Part shown: one piece after another, positions 50,192-60,254 of the stretch | Layout of the letters: each line of letters starts with the position of its first letter | Numbering within the stretch: the first letter of the stretch is position 1 | From: Cyanophyceae cyanobacterium | GTDB taxonomy: Bacteria; Cyanobacteriota; Cyanobacteriia; Cyanobacteriales; Laspinemataceae | Assembly (NCBI GenBank): GCA_038321985.1 | Contig: JBBQFN010000004.1 | Location: 192,001-256,000 of the forward strand | DNA: 64,000 nt | Direction of reading: 5' to 3' | Translations under genes and position numbers: made by a program | Notes under the pieces: model-generated | Seen by the model: only the letters and a program-made list of their open reading frames with translations | Databases searched by the model: none | What the model was told of the DNA's origin: nothing

Positions 50192-52072
50192 ATGACATTA
50201 GCCACAGAAAAGCCCACAACGAGTTTAAATAAATTTGAGAAAATTAAGGCCGAAAAAGACGGGCTTGATGTCAAAAATCAGTTAGAGGATTTCGCTCGAA
50301 TTGGTTGGGAGGCAATGGATGCAGGAGATCGCGATCATCGGCTTAAGTGGCTGGGGGTCTTTTTCCGCCCCGTGACCCCCGGTCAATTTATGGTGCGGAT
50401 GCGGATGCCTCATGGAGTAATGAGCAGTCTGCAAATGCGGGTACTGGCCGAGATTGTAGAACGCTATGGGGACGATGGAAATGCAGATATTACCACCCGG
50501 CAGAATCTCCAATTACGGGGCATCAGAATAGAAGATATTCCAGATATTTTTAACCGATTTAAGGCAGCGGGGATGACCTCGATTCAATCGGGTATGGATA
50601 ATGTTAGAAACATTACCGGGTCTCCGGTTTCTGGAATTGACAAACATGAGTTAATCGATACTCAAGAGTTAGTCCAAAAAGTCCAGGATATGATTACCAA
50701 TGCCGGAGATGGAAATCCTGCTTTTACCAACTTACCGAGGAAATTTAACATTGCGATCGGAGGATGTCCAGACAACTCCATTCATGCCGAAATCAATGAT
50801 ATTGCCTTTGTTCCGGCTTATAAAAATGGAGAAATTGGGTTTAACGTACTCGTCGGGGGCTTTTTCTCGGCGAAACGGTGTGAGGCGGCGATTCCCCTAA
50901 ATGTGTGGGTCCCTCCCAATGATGATGTAGTGGAGTTATGCCGAGCAATTTTAGAAATTTACCGGGATAATGGACCCCGAGCAAATCGGCAGAAGTCTCG
51001 GTTGATGTGGCTGATCGATGAATGGGGCGTAGAGAAATTCCGGGCCGAAGTTGAGAAAGAATTCGGAACACCCCTAGCAGAATCCGCCGAAAAAGACGAG
51101 ATTGTGTGGGAAAAGCGGGATCATCTGGGAATTTTCCCCCAGAAACAAGAGGGATTAAACTTTGTCGGTTTAAATGTTCCCGTGGGTCGGTTATTTGCTC
51201 CCGATATGTTTGAACTGGCTAAAATTGCTGACGTGTACGGGAATGGGGAGATCCGGTTAACGGTGGAGCAAAATGTCATCATTCCCAACGTTCCGGATTC
51301 GCGGTTAGAGGCGTTATTACAAGAACCGCTGTTAGAGAAATTTAGTATTGATCCCGCACCTCTGACGCGATCGCTCGTTTCCTGCACAGGGGCTGAGTTC
51401 TGCAACTTTGCTTTAATTGAAACTAAAAACCGCGCTTTAGCCTTAGTTAAAGAACTCGAAGCGGAATTAGACATCCCCAAAACAGTGCGAATGCATTGGA
51501 CTGGCTGTCCTAATTCCTGCGGACAACCTCAAGTCGCAGCGATCGGCTTGATGGGAACCAAAACCCGCAAAAATGGTAAGACCCTAGAAGGGGTGGACCT
51601 CTATATGGGCGGTACAGTGGGCAAAGATGCTCACCTCGGCACCTGTGTTCAAAAAGGGATTCCCTGCGAGGACCTTAAGCCGGTGTTGCGGCAGTTACTC
51701 ATCGAGCAGTTTGAGGCGAAACTGAAACCCGGTATAAGTCATGCCATCGTTGATGTACCCCCGGCATTCGTGGAGTCCCCAGAAATCCCGCCCGAAAAAG
51801 CCATTCAACCGGCGGCGATCGCCTTTGTTAAGTCCGGCAAAACGATTGCCTGTGACGACTCGGCACCAATTTTAGAGATTGCCGAACGAGAAGGAATTCA
51901 ACTCGACAGCAGTTGTCGGGGTGGAACCTGCGGCACTTGTAAGCAAAAACTACTCAGTGGAGAGGTTCGCTACGAAAATGAACCCCAAGCACTTAGTAAC
52001 AGCGATCGCGAGCAAGGATATATTTTGACCTGTAGCGCTCATCCCGTCGGACCCGTCGCGATTGATGCCTAA
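50192..52072 (+). CDS. nirA: Ferredoxin--nitrite reductase with C-terminal [2Fe-2S] ferredoxin domain
   Basis: LNKFEKIKAEKDGL, TTRQNLQLRG, LPRKFN, CTGAEFC, GCPNSCG; C-terminal CRGGTCGTC...LTC. Confidence 0.95.
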   Translation: MTLATEKPTTSLNKFEKIKAEKDGLDVKNQLEDFARIGWEAMDAGDRDHRLKWLGVFFRPVTPGQFMVRMRMPHGVMSSLQMRVLAEIVERYGDDGNADITTRQNLQLRGIRIEDIPDIFNRFKAAGMTSIQSGMDNVRNITGSPVSGIDKHELIDTQELVQKVQDMITNAGDGNPAFTNLPRKFNIAIGGCPDNSIHAEINDIAFVPAYKNGEIGFNVLVGGFFSAKRCEAAIPLNVWVPPNDDVVELCRAILEIYRDNGPRANRQKSRLMWLIDEWGVEKFRAEVEKEFGTPLAESAEKDEIVWEKRDHLGIFPQKQEGLNFVGLNVPVGRLFAPDMFELAKIADVYGNGEIRLTVEQNVIIPNVPDSRLEALLQEPLLEKFSIDPAPLTRSLVSCTGAEFCNFALIETKNRALALVKELEAELDIPKTVRMHWTGCPNSCGQPQVAAIGLMGTKTRKNGKTLEGVDLYMGGTVGKDAHLGTCVQKGIPCEDLKPVLRQLLIEQFEAKLKPGISHAIVDVPPAFVESPEIPPEKAIQPAAIAFVKSGKTIACDDSAPILEIAEREGIQLDSSCRGGTCGTCKQKLLSGEVRYENEPQALSNSDREQGYILTCSAHPVGPVAIDA

Positions 52073-52154
52073 CCCCGCCACGGGTCAAGGAATTGTGACT
52101 TAAATGCTTTCTATCTGTAACTCAGCAGTTTTATCCCAAAAGGAGCAATGATCA

Positions 52155-52832
52155 ATGTCTTCTCAAGAATTGGCTTCCAAACCCGCTAACTCCGTATCAG
52201 CTTCCACTGACACCCCAGATGTGAGTACCCAAGCCCCCAGTTCCCTGGCTCTGCAACTCATTTGTGCTGTCGGTGTCCTAGGATTTAGCGGGTATATGTT
52301 CAGCAGTTGGCATCGGACCCTAGCCCAACATAGCCTCGCCCAGCAGGCTCAAGCAGAAACCCCCCTAGTCCAGGCCGCCGCAATGGCTCCTGTAGAACCT
52401 CAAGCTCAACCCCCGGTCACCCAACCTGAAATAACCCCGAATGCCGCCTCTGTTACCCCAGCAGTCGCTCCCACCGTCGCGATAGCCCCGCCGATGGTAA
52501 CCGAACCTGTTGCACCCCCTGCCATTACCGACTCGGCTACCTTAGCAACTCTGAGTCAAAAGCTGTATGAGCAAATTGATGGCAATTGGAACAGTTATCC
52601 GACCTTTACCAGCAATTTAGTCTACCAAGTCCAGGTAGAGCAGGATGGGGCGATCGCCAGTTACGATTCCCTCAATCAAACCGCTGAAGATTACCTGGGG
52701 GAAACGCCATTGCCAAAATTAAGCGCGGCTAACCCTAGCCTAACTGAGACCTCAACCCAGCCCCAAGCAAAGTTTTTAGTGTTGTTAATGCCCAGCGGGA
52801 CCTTAGAAATCAGTCCTTGGGTGGGTAACTAG
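52155..52832 (+). CDS. Hypothetical membrane-anchored Pro/Ala-rich protein, paralogue A
   Basis: One TM helix, Pro-rich linker, C-terminal domain LSQKLYEQIDGNWNSYPTFT..LVYQV...LEISPW; AAGGAG RBS. Confidence 0.75.
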   Translation: MSSQELASKPANSVSASTDTPDVSTQAPSSLALQLICAVGVLGFSGYMFSSWHRTLAQHSLAQQAQAETPLVQAAAMAPVEPQAQPPVTQPEITPNAASVTPAVAPTVAIAPPMVTEPVAPPAITDSATLATLSQKLYEQIDGNWNSYPTFTSNLVYQVQVEQDGAIASYDSLNQTAEDYLGETPLPKLSAANPSLTETSTQPQAKFLVLLMPSGTLEISPWVGN

Positions 52833-53048
52833 GACCCCCTCCCGCAACCGGGACAGCACAGCCCACAGAAAAAACAAAAGGGTAAACCAAATTGTTCGAG
52901 ATTGACCGTTTTGTAAACTCGGGTATGCTACTTGTACCGTCAAGATAGGGCAACTATTGATAGATTTGAGCCGGAAACTCTATACTTGACTTTCCGAAAC
53001 CATTTATCAAGATTTGCTCCCTTGGGGCAACTACAAAGAGGATTGACT

Positions 53049-53936
53049 ATGAGTTTTAACGAATTTCCCTCCCACCCAAAACGGCACATCCCTACCGATG
53101 CCTTCATCGTTTTAGGCGCAACCCTTTCAGTTTTTCTCCTTGGGGGCATACTGCATCTGCTTTCTGGAGGCGTTCGTGCTCAACAAGAACCAGCACCAAC
53201 GACCATGACAGAAGAAGAATCCGTCGTTGTGGAGAGCGTCACCCCTAACCTATCAACTCAACCCCCGGTAGAAACCCGAGTGGAGGAGACACGAATCATT
53301 ACCTCAGGGACTCCTCTAACTCAGACGCCTCCGAGGACTGTTGTAACCCCCCCGGCTGCGATCGATAATCAACCCTTTGTCGCCAGTCCTCCTCCCGTCG
53401 CTCAACAGCCGCCTGTAGTAACCCAGCAGCCATCTGTTCCCCCCTCTTCCCCCGCGCCCATGGGTGAAGATCCGGCGGTAACGACTTCCCCCGCGCCCAT
53501 GGGTGAGACTCCCGCCATGATGGGTGAGACTCCCGCCATGATGGGTGAGACTCCCGACATGATGGGTGAGACTCCCGACATGATGGGTGAGACTCCCATG
53601 CCCACGGCAGCACCCCCGGAGATAGCCGATCCCGCAAAGATAGAGACTTTAAACCAGAGTCTTTATGAGAACCTCAATAGCGGCTGGAACACTTATCCGA
53701 CATTTACCGAAGAGTTAGCCTATCGCGTCCAACTGAACGAAACAGGGGAAATCGTATCCTACGAACCCGTCGATCCTGCCGATCAACAATATACTGACGA
53801 ACTTCCCCTCCCGGATTTAAGTGAGACTCAGGCAGCAGGAAGCACTTCCGCGCAACCTCTGGCTAACTTCCGCGTTGTATTTACCCCCGATGGGGTGATT
53901 CAGGTTACTCCCTGGCAAAATGACATTCCCCAGTAA
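53049..53936 (+). CDS. Hypothetical membrane-anchored Pro-rich protein, paralogue B
   Basis: One TM helix, Pro/Met-rich linker, C-terminal domain LNQSLYENLNSGWNTYPTFT..LAYRV...IQVTPW; GAGG RBS before ATG 53049. Confidence 0.75.
   Translation: MSFNEFPSHPKRHIPTDAFIVLGATLSVFLLGGILHLLSGGVRAQQEPAPTTMTEEESVVVESVTPNLSTQPPVETRVEETRIITSGTPLTQTPPRTVVTPPAAIDNQPFVASPPPVAQQPPVVTQQPSVPPSSPAPMGEDPAVTTSPAPMGETPAMMGETPAMMGETPDMMGETPDMMGETPMPTAAPPEIADPAKIETLNQSLYENLNSGWNTYPTFTEELAYRVQLNETGEIVSYEPVDPADQQYTDELPLPDLSETQAAGSTSAQPLANFRVVFTPDGVIQVTPWQNDIPQ
53499..53600 (+). repeat. 21-bp coding tandem repeat, about 5 units, encoding MGETP(A/D)M
   Basis: ATGGGTGAGACTCCC at 53499, 53520, 53541, 53562, 53583. Confidence 0.92.
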
Positions 53937-54283
53937 CAACAACGCTTAAAGTAACGGGATAAAAATGGCTGGTGGTCACCCGGGTATATAGACTATAAAT
54001 CATATAGCCGCCCCTCTTCCAACGGCTTACGATGGGGGAAGAGGGGAAAAGACCAGCCACGGCTCGACAGTAAACCAAACCCCTTAACGAACGGATCCGG
54101 GATAACTCCTTCCTAATTAAGTAAACAGAGTGAGGCAGCAGTGCGATCGCGCCCAATTCCCACCCCAAAACTTTGGCTCATGCATGGGCGCGGCGATTAA
54201 GAACGCTGGACCTGTCGGGAATAGCCAAGTCAAAAAGATTTACTCACATTCCTAGAAAAATACTTCAACCCCGTAGAGGAATC

Positions 54284-55816
54284 ATGCTCACACAACTCTG
54301 GTCATTTCGCGGCAGATACCGCATCCTACACTTAACCTGGTTTGCCTTCTTTCTTTCGTTTGTAGTTTGGTTTAACTTTGCGCCCTTTGCCACAGCGGTA
54401 CAAGAATCATTAGGATTAACGTCGGGACAACTCAGAACCCTTGCTATTTGTAACGTTGCTCTAACCGTTCCCGCCCGAATTATTATCGGCATGGTCCTAG
54501 ATAAATACGGACCGCGCGTTACTTATTCTTTGTTACTAATTTATGCAGCCATTCCCTGTTTAATGTTTGCCTTCGCGCAAAACTTTGGGCAATTGGTTGT
54601 CTCTCGCTTACTGTTATCCATTGTCGGTGCTGGGTTCGTGATTGGTATCCGGATGGTAGCTGAGTGGTTTCCCCCTAAAGAAATTGGGTTAGCCGAAGGG
54701 ATCTATGGTGGGTGGGGTAACTTTGGTTCCGCTGCCGCCGCCTTCACCCTGCCAACCTTGGGAACAATGGCTGCCTTCGTGTCTGCGGGTCAAATCAACT
54801 GGCGATTTGCGATCGCCCTCACAGGAATTTTTGCCGCTGTTTACGGGGCAATCTACTTCTTTAATGTCCAAGATACCCCACCGGGTAAAGTCTATCAGCG
54901 TCCCAATCGCCACGGCGGACTCGAAGTAACCAGCCGTCGCGACTTCTGGTTCATGATGGCGATGAATGTTCCCCTCAGCGGTATCCTCGGTTTACTAGCT
55001 TGGCGTCTGGCTAAAGTGGGATTCTTAAATACCACTCAACTCTGGCTTACTTGGCTGTTCTTAGTGGGATTGTATTCTTTCCAATCGTATAAATGCTGGA
55101 CCGTTAACAAAGAGTTAGTTTTAGGTCAGAAACGTTATCCTGCCAACGATCGCTATGAATTTTCTCAAGTTGCCCTATTAGAACTCACCTACCTGGTCAA
55201 CTTCGGGTCGGAACTCGCCGTTGTTTCCATGCTGCCTGCCTTCTTTGAAAATACTTTTGGACTGACTAAAGTGCTCGCCGGCATGATTGCTGCAACCTAT
55301 GCCTTTATGAACTTAGCCGCACGTCCCGGAGGCGGTTTAATCTCCGACACCCTCGGCAGTCGGAAGACGACAATGGTGGTCCTCACCGGCTGTATGGGAG
55401 TCGCCTATATGATTATGAGTGGGGTCCAGGGTACCTGGTGGCTACCCTTAGCGATCGCCCTCACCATGTTCTGTTCCTTCTTTGTCCAAGCTGGAGAAGG
55501 GTCTACCTTCGCAATGGTTCCTCTCCTCAAACGCCGGGTCACTGGACAAATTGCCGGAAATGTCGGCGCTTATGGCAACGTCGGTGCAGTTGCTTATCTC
55601 ACTTTATTTAGCTTCCTCCCCGAGGGTGATATTGGCAACCGGATCTTCTTCCAAGTTCTAGGGGTCACCGCTATTATCGTCACCTTCCTTTGTGCCTTCT
55701 ACTTGAAAGAACCCAAAGGCTCATTTTCTGCCCATCATGAGGGAGAAGAAGTCCATTCGGAAACTGCCCAAGGACAACCCGTACCGCAGTTCGTGGAAGA
55801 AGGCACAGAAGCCTAA
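54284..55816 (+). CDS. nrtP: MFS nitrate/nitrite transporter (NrtP/NarK family)
   Basis: LHLTWFAFFLSF, GAGFVIGIRMV.EWFP, GGWGNFG, FGSELAVVSML; GAGGA RBS before ATG 54284. Confidence 0.93.
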   Translation: MLTQLWSFRGRYRILHLTWFAFFLSFVVWFNFAPFATAVQESLGLTSGQLRTLAICNVALTVPARIIIGMVLDKYGPRVTYSLLLIYAAIPCLMFAFAQNFGQLVVSRLLLSIVGAGFVIGIRMVAEWFPPKEIGLAEGIYGGWGNFGSAAAAFTLPTLGTMAAFVSAGQINWRFAIALTGIFAAVYGAIYFFNVQDTPPGKVYQRPNRHGGLEVTSRRDFWFMMAMNVPLSGILGLLAWRLAKVGFLNTTQLWLTWLFLVGLYSFQSYKCWTVNKELVLGQKRYPANDRYEFSQVALLELTYLVNFGSELAVVSMLPAFFENTFGLTKVLAGMIAATYAFMNLAARPGGGLISDTLGSRKTTMVVLTGCMGVAYMIMSGVQGTWWLPLAIALTMFCSFFVQAGEGSTFAMVPLLKRRVTGQIAGNVGAYGNVGAVAYLTLFSFLPEGDIGNRIFFQVLGVTAIIVTFLCAFYLKEPKGSFSAHHEGEEVHSETAQGQPVPQFVEEGTEA

Positions 55817-55825
55817 TTCCCTGGA

Positions 55826-55873
55826 GATGAAAGGGCGATCGCACTTAAACTGAGTGGCGATCGCCCTTTCATC
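55826..55873. repeat. 17-bp inverted repeat built on two HIP1 sites between nrtP and narB
   Basis: GATGAAAGGGCGATCGC...GCGATCGCCCTTTCATC. Confidence 0.8.
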
Positions 55874-55980
55874 CCCATTTAAACTCTCCTAAATCCTCAT
55901 AATTGGTTACACTTAACTCTTACTAAACGGACTCTTACTCAGTCCCCCTTGATACTCTAAACTTTAAACTCTAAAATTTT

Positions 55981-58218
55981 ATGTCTACTCAACCCACCAA
56001 AACCCTGTGTCCTTACTGTGGAGTTGGCTGCGGCTTAGAAGTATCTCCCCCAGCACAACCGGGAAAAGTGACCAATCGAGACAGTGAAGGTAAGCCCCTG
56101 TGGAAAGTCCAGGGCGATCGCACCCATCCTTCCTCACAAGGCATGGTCTGTGTCAAAGGCGCAACCATCGCCGAATCATTAGACAAGGACCGCCTCAAAT
56201 ATCCAATGGTCCGCGCTTCCCTCGATGAACCCTTCCGTCGCGCCACCTGGGAAGAAGCCTTTACCTTAATCGTCGATCGCATCCGAACCGTCCAGTCAAC
56301 CCTCGGTGTCAATGGACTCTGTATGTACGGTTCTGGACAATTCCAAACCGAAGACTACTACATCGCCCAAAAACTGATGAAAGGCTGTCTCGGCACCAAT
56401 AACTTTGATGCCAACTCCCGCCTCTGTATGTCCTCCGCCGTTTCTGGGTACATTCAGAGTCTAGGGTCAGACGGCCCTCCCACCTGTTACGATGACCTAG
56501 AAAAAACCGACTGCGCCTTTCTGATCGGCACCAACACCGCCGAGTGTCATCCGATCGCCTTCAACCGACTCCGCAAGTATCATAAAAAAAATAAAAACGT
56601 TAAACTAATCGTTGTTGATCCCCGTCATACCACCACCGCAGACGGGGCCGATCTACATTTAGGAATTCGACCCGGAACCGATATCGACCTCCTCAACGGT
56701 ATCGGTTACCTGCTGATGCAGTGGGGACATCTCAATAGCGTCTTTATTGACGAATGTACCTCGGGCTTTGGCGAATATGCCGAAGTCATTCGCCACTATC
56801 CCCCCCAAATTGTGGCCGAACGCTGTGGTATCCGCATCGATGAACTGGAAACCGCCGCCCGCTACTGGGCGGAATCTGAACGAGTTCTTTCCCTGTGGTC
56901 AATGGGAATGAATCAGTCCTCAGAAGGCACAGCAAAAGTCCGCAGTTTGATTAATCTGCACCTGATGACCTCACAAATCGGTAAACCCGGTGCAGGTCCT
57001 TTTTCTCTCACTGGACAACCCAATGCAATGGGAGGGAGAGAAGCCGGAGGATTAGCCAACCTGCTACCGGGATACCGCCTCGTCAAAAATCCTGAACATC
57101 GCCAAGATATCGAAAAATTTTGGGGGCTGCCCGAGGGAAGAATTGCCCCAGAAATCGGACGTACTGCCTGGGACATGATCACCGGCTTAGAAACCGGGGA
57201 AGTCGGGTTATTATGGATTGCCGCCACCAATCCAGCGGTGAGTATGCCCGATATAGAACGGACCAAAGCGGCCTTAAGGCGATCGCCTTTTACCGTGTAT
57301 CAGGATGCTTACTATCCCACCGAAACTGCTGCCTACGCGCACGTTTTGTTACCTGCCGCCCAATGGGGAGAAAAAACCGGGGCCATGACCAATTCCGAAC
57401 GAGTGGTTACCCTATGTCCCGCTTTTCGCGAACCCCTTGGACAAGCCAAAGCCGATTGGGAAATCTTTGCTGAAGTTGGGCGGAGATTGGGATTTGTAGA
57501 CCAGTTTCCCTTTGAGAATTCTGCCCAAGTCTATGCCGAATTTGTCCAAATCACCCGCGATCGCGTCTGTGATATGACGGGATTAAGCCACGAACACCTC
57601 ACCGAACAAGGACCAACCCAGTGGCCGTATCCTGCGGGACAAAACCTGCCTCTGACCAACAAACGCCTCTACACAGACTGGAGATTTCCTACTCCCGACG
57701 GACGTGCCCGTTTTGGGGCCTGTCATGCCAAAGGACTGGCAGAACCCCCGGACCCCAATTATCCGTTCGTTCTCACAAATGGCCGCCTTTATGGACATTG
57801 GCATACCTTAACCCGTACTGGAAGAATCGATAAAATTGTCAAAATGCACCCCCAACCTTTTATCGAAATTCATCCCCGAGATGCCAAAAAATTGGAGATA
57901 GTAGAGGGAATGAAGGTTGAAGTGCGATCGCGCCGAGGCATGGCAAGATTCCCCGCTAAAGTCACTCAAGCGATCGCCCCGGGAACCGTCTTCGTACCCA
58001 TGCATTGGGGAGAACTCTGGGGGGATCATACCGAAGCCAATGCCCTCACCCATCCCGAAGCCTGTCCCTCCTCCCTACAACCGGAATTAAAAGCCTGTGC
58101 AGTGCAACTGATTCCTCTCAGGGATAACATAACCAACAGCGAAACCGAAATTGTTGAACAAAGCGACTCCATTGCGGTCGCCTTTGCACCGCGATCGGCC
58201 CTTGCCACCCGTTCTTAA
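55981..58218 (+). CDS. narB: Ferredoxin-dependent nitrate reductase
   Basis: CPYCGVGCG...CVKG Fe-S motif, [16 protein letters not shown], molybdopterin dinucleotide-binding C-terminus. Confidence 0.96.
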   Translation: MSTQPTKTLCPYCGVGCGLEVSPPAQPGKVTNRDSEGKPLWKVQGDRTHPSSQGMVCVKGATIAESLDKDRLKYPMVRASLDEPFRRATWEEAFTLIVDRIRTVQSTLGVNGLCMYGSGQFQTEDYYIAQKLMKGCLGTNNFDANSRLCMSSAVSGYIQSLGSDGPPTCYDDLEKTDCAFLIGTNTAECHPIAFNRLRKYHKKNKNVKLIVVDPRHTTTADGADLHLGIRPGTDIDLLNGIGYLLMQWGHLNSVFIDECTSGFGEYAEVIRHYPPQIVAERCGIRIDELETAARYWAESERVLSLWSMGMNQSSEGTAKVRSLINLHLMTSQIGKPGAGPFSLTGQPNAMGGREAGGLANLLPGYRLVKNPEHRQDIEKFWGLPEGRIAPEIGRTAWDMITGLETGEVGLLWIAATNPAVSMPDIERTKAALRRSPFTVYQDAYYPTETAAYAHVLLPAAQWGEKTGAMTNSERVVTLCPAFREPLGQAKADWEIFAEVGRRLGFVDQFPFENSAQVYAEFVQITRDRVCDMTGLSHEHLTEQGPTQWPYPAGQNLPLTNKRLYTDWRFPTPDGRARFGACHAKGLAEPPDPNYPFVLTNGRLYGHWHTLTRTGRIDKIVKMHPQPFIEIHPRDAKKLEIVEGMKVEVRSRRGMARFPAKVTQAIAPGTVFVPMHWGELWGDHTEANALTHPEACPSSLQPELKACAVQLIPLRDNITNSETEIVEQSDSIAVAFAPRSALATRS

Positions 58219-58242
58219 TCCAAAAAAGCCAAACTTTCCACA

Positions 58243-58334
58243 GTTCGTAGTAACGCCTTCAGTCGTTATTTTCATGTTCGTATTAACGACTTGCTGTCGT
58301 TCTTAATTGTTCGGGGTCATGACTTGCTGTCATC
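58243..58334 (+). repeat. Three tandem degenerate REP-like hairpin units with 33-bp period
   Basis: GTTCG at 58243, 58276, 58309, each followed by a small hairpin. Confidence 0.7.
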
Positions 58335-58425
58335 TCCTTAAGTGCAGAGTTTTGCCATCCCCAAACCCGCCCAATCCCCAGTTATGTCATGTTAAAATTG
58401 ACCCAATGGATTGCGAGGAAAACCA

Positions 58426-58659
58426 ATGGACTGGCAAGAACTCCGGAAAGAAGCATACAACTTATCCGTCAGCGACAGATTAGCCCTCGTCGAGGCGATC
58501 GTTCATTCTGTGAATGATGAAATCAGACCCCGGCCCCCGGTGCCCCCGGGAACCATAACCCGATTACGGGGAATTCTCAAAACCGATGGACCCCCTCCCA
58601 CCGATGAAGAAATTGAAGCGATTAAAGAAGAACGCTTGAGGGAGAAATACTTAACATGA
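58426..58659 (+). CDS. Putative antitoxin of the PIN toxin
   Basis: LSVSDRLALVEAI, LRGILKT....PTDEEI...KEERLREKY; ATGA overlap with the PIN gene. Confidence 0.7.
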   Translation: MDWQELRKEAYNLSVSDRLALVEAIVHSVNDEIRPRPPVPPGTITRLRGILKTDGPPPTDEEIEAIKEERLREKYLT

Positions 58660-59054
58660 GGGTGTTGCTGGATACTAATATTATTCTGGATTATTTTCTA
58701 GAACGCGACCCTTTCATGAATGATGCGGAAGCCTTATTTGCTCAGATTGAAGCCAAGCAGATAGAAGGATATATCACGGCAACAACCTTAACTGATATTT
58801 TTTATATCGTCAGCAAGAGCAAGGGGAACCAAGTCGCAAAACAAGCGGTTTCAAAGCTGTTGAAGGGGTTAGAGATCTGCCAAGTCGATCGCCTGATTCT
58901 TGAATCCGCCCTGGCTTTAGAGTTAAATGATTTTGAAGACGCCGTGCAAATTGCCTGTGCGATCGCCTCCAATCTTGAGGCAGTTATCTCCCGCGATCGC
59001 GACGGATTTGCTCTAGCTCCCATGCCCACTTACTCCCCCCGAGATATCATCTAG
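58656..59054 (+). CDS. PIN domain (VapC-like) toxin
   Basis: VLLDTNIILD, DFEDAVQIACA, VISRD. Confidence 0.88.
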   Translation: MRVLLDTNIILDYFLERDPFMNDAEALFAQIEAKQIEGYITATTLTDIFYIVSKSKGNQVAKQAVSKLLKGLEICQVDRLILESALALELNDFEDAVQIACAIASNLEAVISRDRDGFALAPMPTYSPRDII

Positions 59055-59141
59055 CAGCTGGGGTAATTGAACATAGATAGAATAATAAATGGGGTGTTTG
59101 TTCCCAATTGTTGATATTTTTCCTAACGTGAAATAAAAAGA

Positions 59142-59166
59142 GTAGGGTGGGCATTGCCCACCCTAC
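59142..59166. repeat. GTAG-type REP palindrome
   Basis: GTAGGGTGGGCA-T-TGCCCACCCTAC between convergent genes. Confidence 0.8.
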
Positions 59167-59197
59167 AATTGCTGCAAAAATTGCTTCAAATCACCCT

Positions 59198-60001
59198 TTA
59201 GCGGGAGATGAAATGAACCCAACAATCTCCATCAGCCATACAGGTATCGTAAACCAGGTTATAAGAATAGCTTAACCCAGCACCCCGTGCAGAAGTATTG
59301 TATCCCTGAGACCAATATTCGCCGTAAGGGTCGTGAACGATAAACCCATGAGAATTATAGCCAATCAAGCAAACAATATGGCCAAAACTGGTAAAATAAC
59401 CGTGGATAACAATCGGGTTACCTTGAACGAGCCATTCTTTGATTTCATTAAAGTTCGCTTTCCTTGTAAAGCGGTCTTTAACCCCATAAGCCTCTGCGGC
59501 TTCAGCCAAATGTTCCGGTTCATGACGACTTAAACCCCGGGCTTCTAGCCACTCTTGGAGTTCATCTTCTAACTGTTTGTTAGGCTGTTTTCCTTTAATT
59601 CCTAGATAAGCCAAACACATGGCAATGCTAGTCGTATTGCAACTGCCGTAAGGATTCTTAGCGTTATCAAGTTGGGATTTGTAGGGAACCGCTAGTTTAA
59701 CGCGATCAGGAAATGCGATCGCCCCCTTGTGCATGACTACCCCATGTCTAGAGTAAACATACCAGGTATTGCGATTTTGGAAACTTTGGTCTGCAAAACA
59801 AACCTTAATGTGATCCCCTTCTGGGGCGTAAGACTGAACTTTTAACACCGTTCCGGCAGGAATCGATTGTTTTTCAGAATCGCTCAAATCAGAAGAAGAA
59901 AGGGGTCTTTGTTTGAAAATTGTGTCGCAAAGAACTTTCAGTTCGGGAGTCTGGCTTCCTGGTGTGGTAGATGAAGTCGAATACGATTGTGCTACGGTCA
60001 T
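59198..60001 (-). CDS. C39-like (papain-fold) peptidase with an N-terminal cyanobacterial accessory domain
   Basis: VPYKSQLDN, SCNTTSIAM, GHIVCLIGY, FIVHDPYG; ATG 60001 preferred as start. Confidence 0.85.
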   Translation of the reverse strand: MTVAQSYSTSSTTPGSQTPELKVLCDTIFKQRPLSSSDLSDSEKQSIPAGTVLKVQSYAPEGDHIKVCFADQSFQNRNTWYVYSRHGVVMHKGAIAFPDRVKLAVPYKSQLDNAKNPYGSCNTTSIAMCLAYLGIKGKQPNKQLEDELQEWLEARGLSRHEPEHLAEAAEAYGVKDRFTRKANFNEIKEWLVQGNPIVIHGYFTSFGHIVCLIGYNSHGFIVHDPYGEYWSQGYNTSARGAGLSYSYNLVYDTCMADGDCWVHFISR

Positions 60002-60254
60002 AATTTCTAACCAAAAAATAAGTAAAGATGCGGATACCAATTGTCTGAGTCGGGGCGGGCAGTAGGCCAGAGAATTGCCCCTCGTTGCCCTGGAGTAAAC
60101 GGTCCCGACTTTTAAAACGGTTTGTAACCCCCACTACACAAGCCGCATCCCTAGCGGTCAGGAGTGAGTATAGTGAGGAAGAAGTCCGGGTTGGGACAAC
60201 TCATCCTTGCGCCAACTTAGACTGAAATTACTGATGAGTGGATGAGTTATACCC

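Noticed and set aside
53499..53600. 21-bp repeats as CRISPR or iterons
   Set aside because: Head-to-tail with no spacers, and in frame within a coding sequence.
58243..58334. Possible mini-CRISPR array
   Set aside because: The 33-bp period leaves only about 8 nt between degenerate units, there are no cas genes, and the same motif is dispersed elsewhere like a REP.
60002..60254. c-di-AMP (ydaO) riboswitch upstream of the C39 peptidase
   Set aside because: The conserved GTCAGCTAAC-type core was not found on the minus strand.
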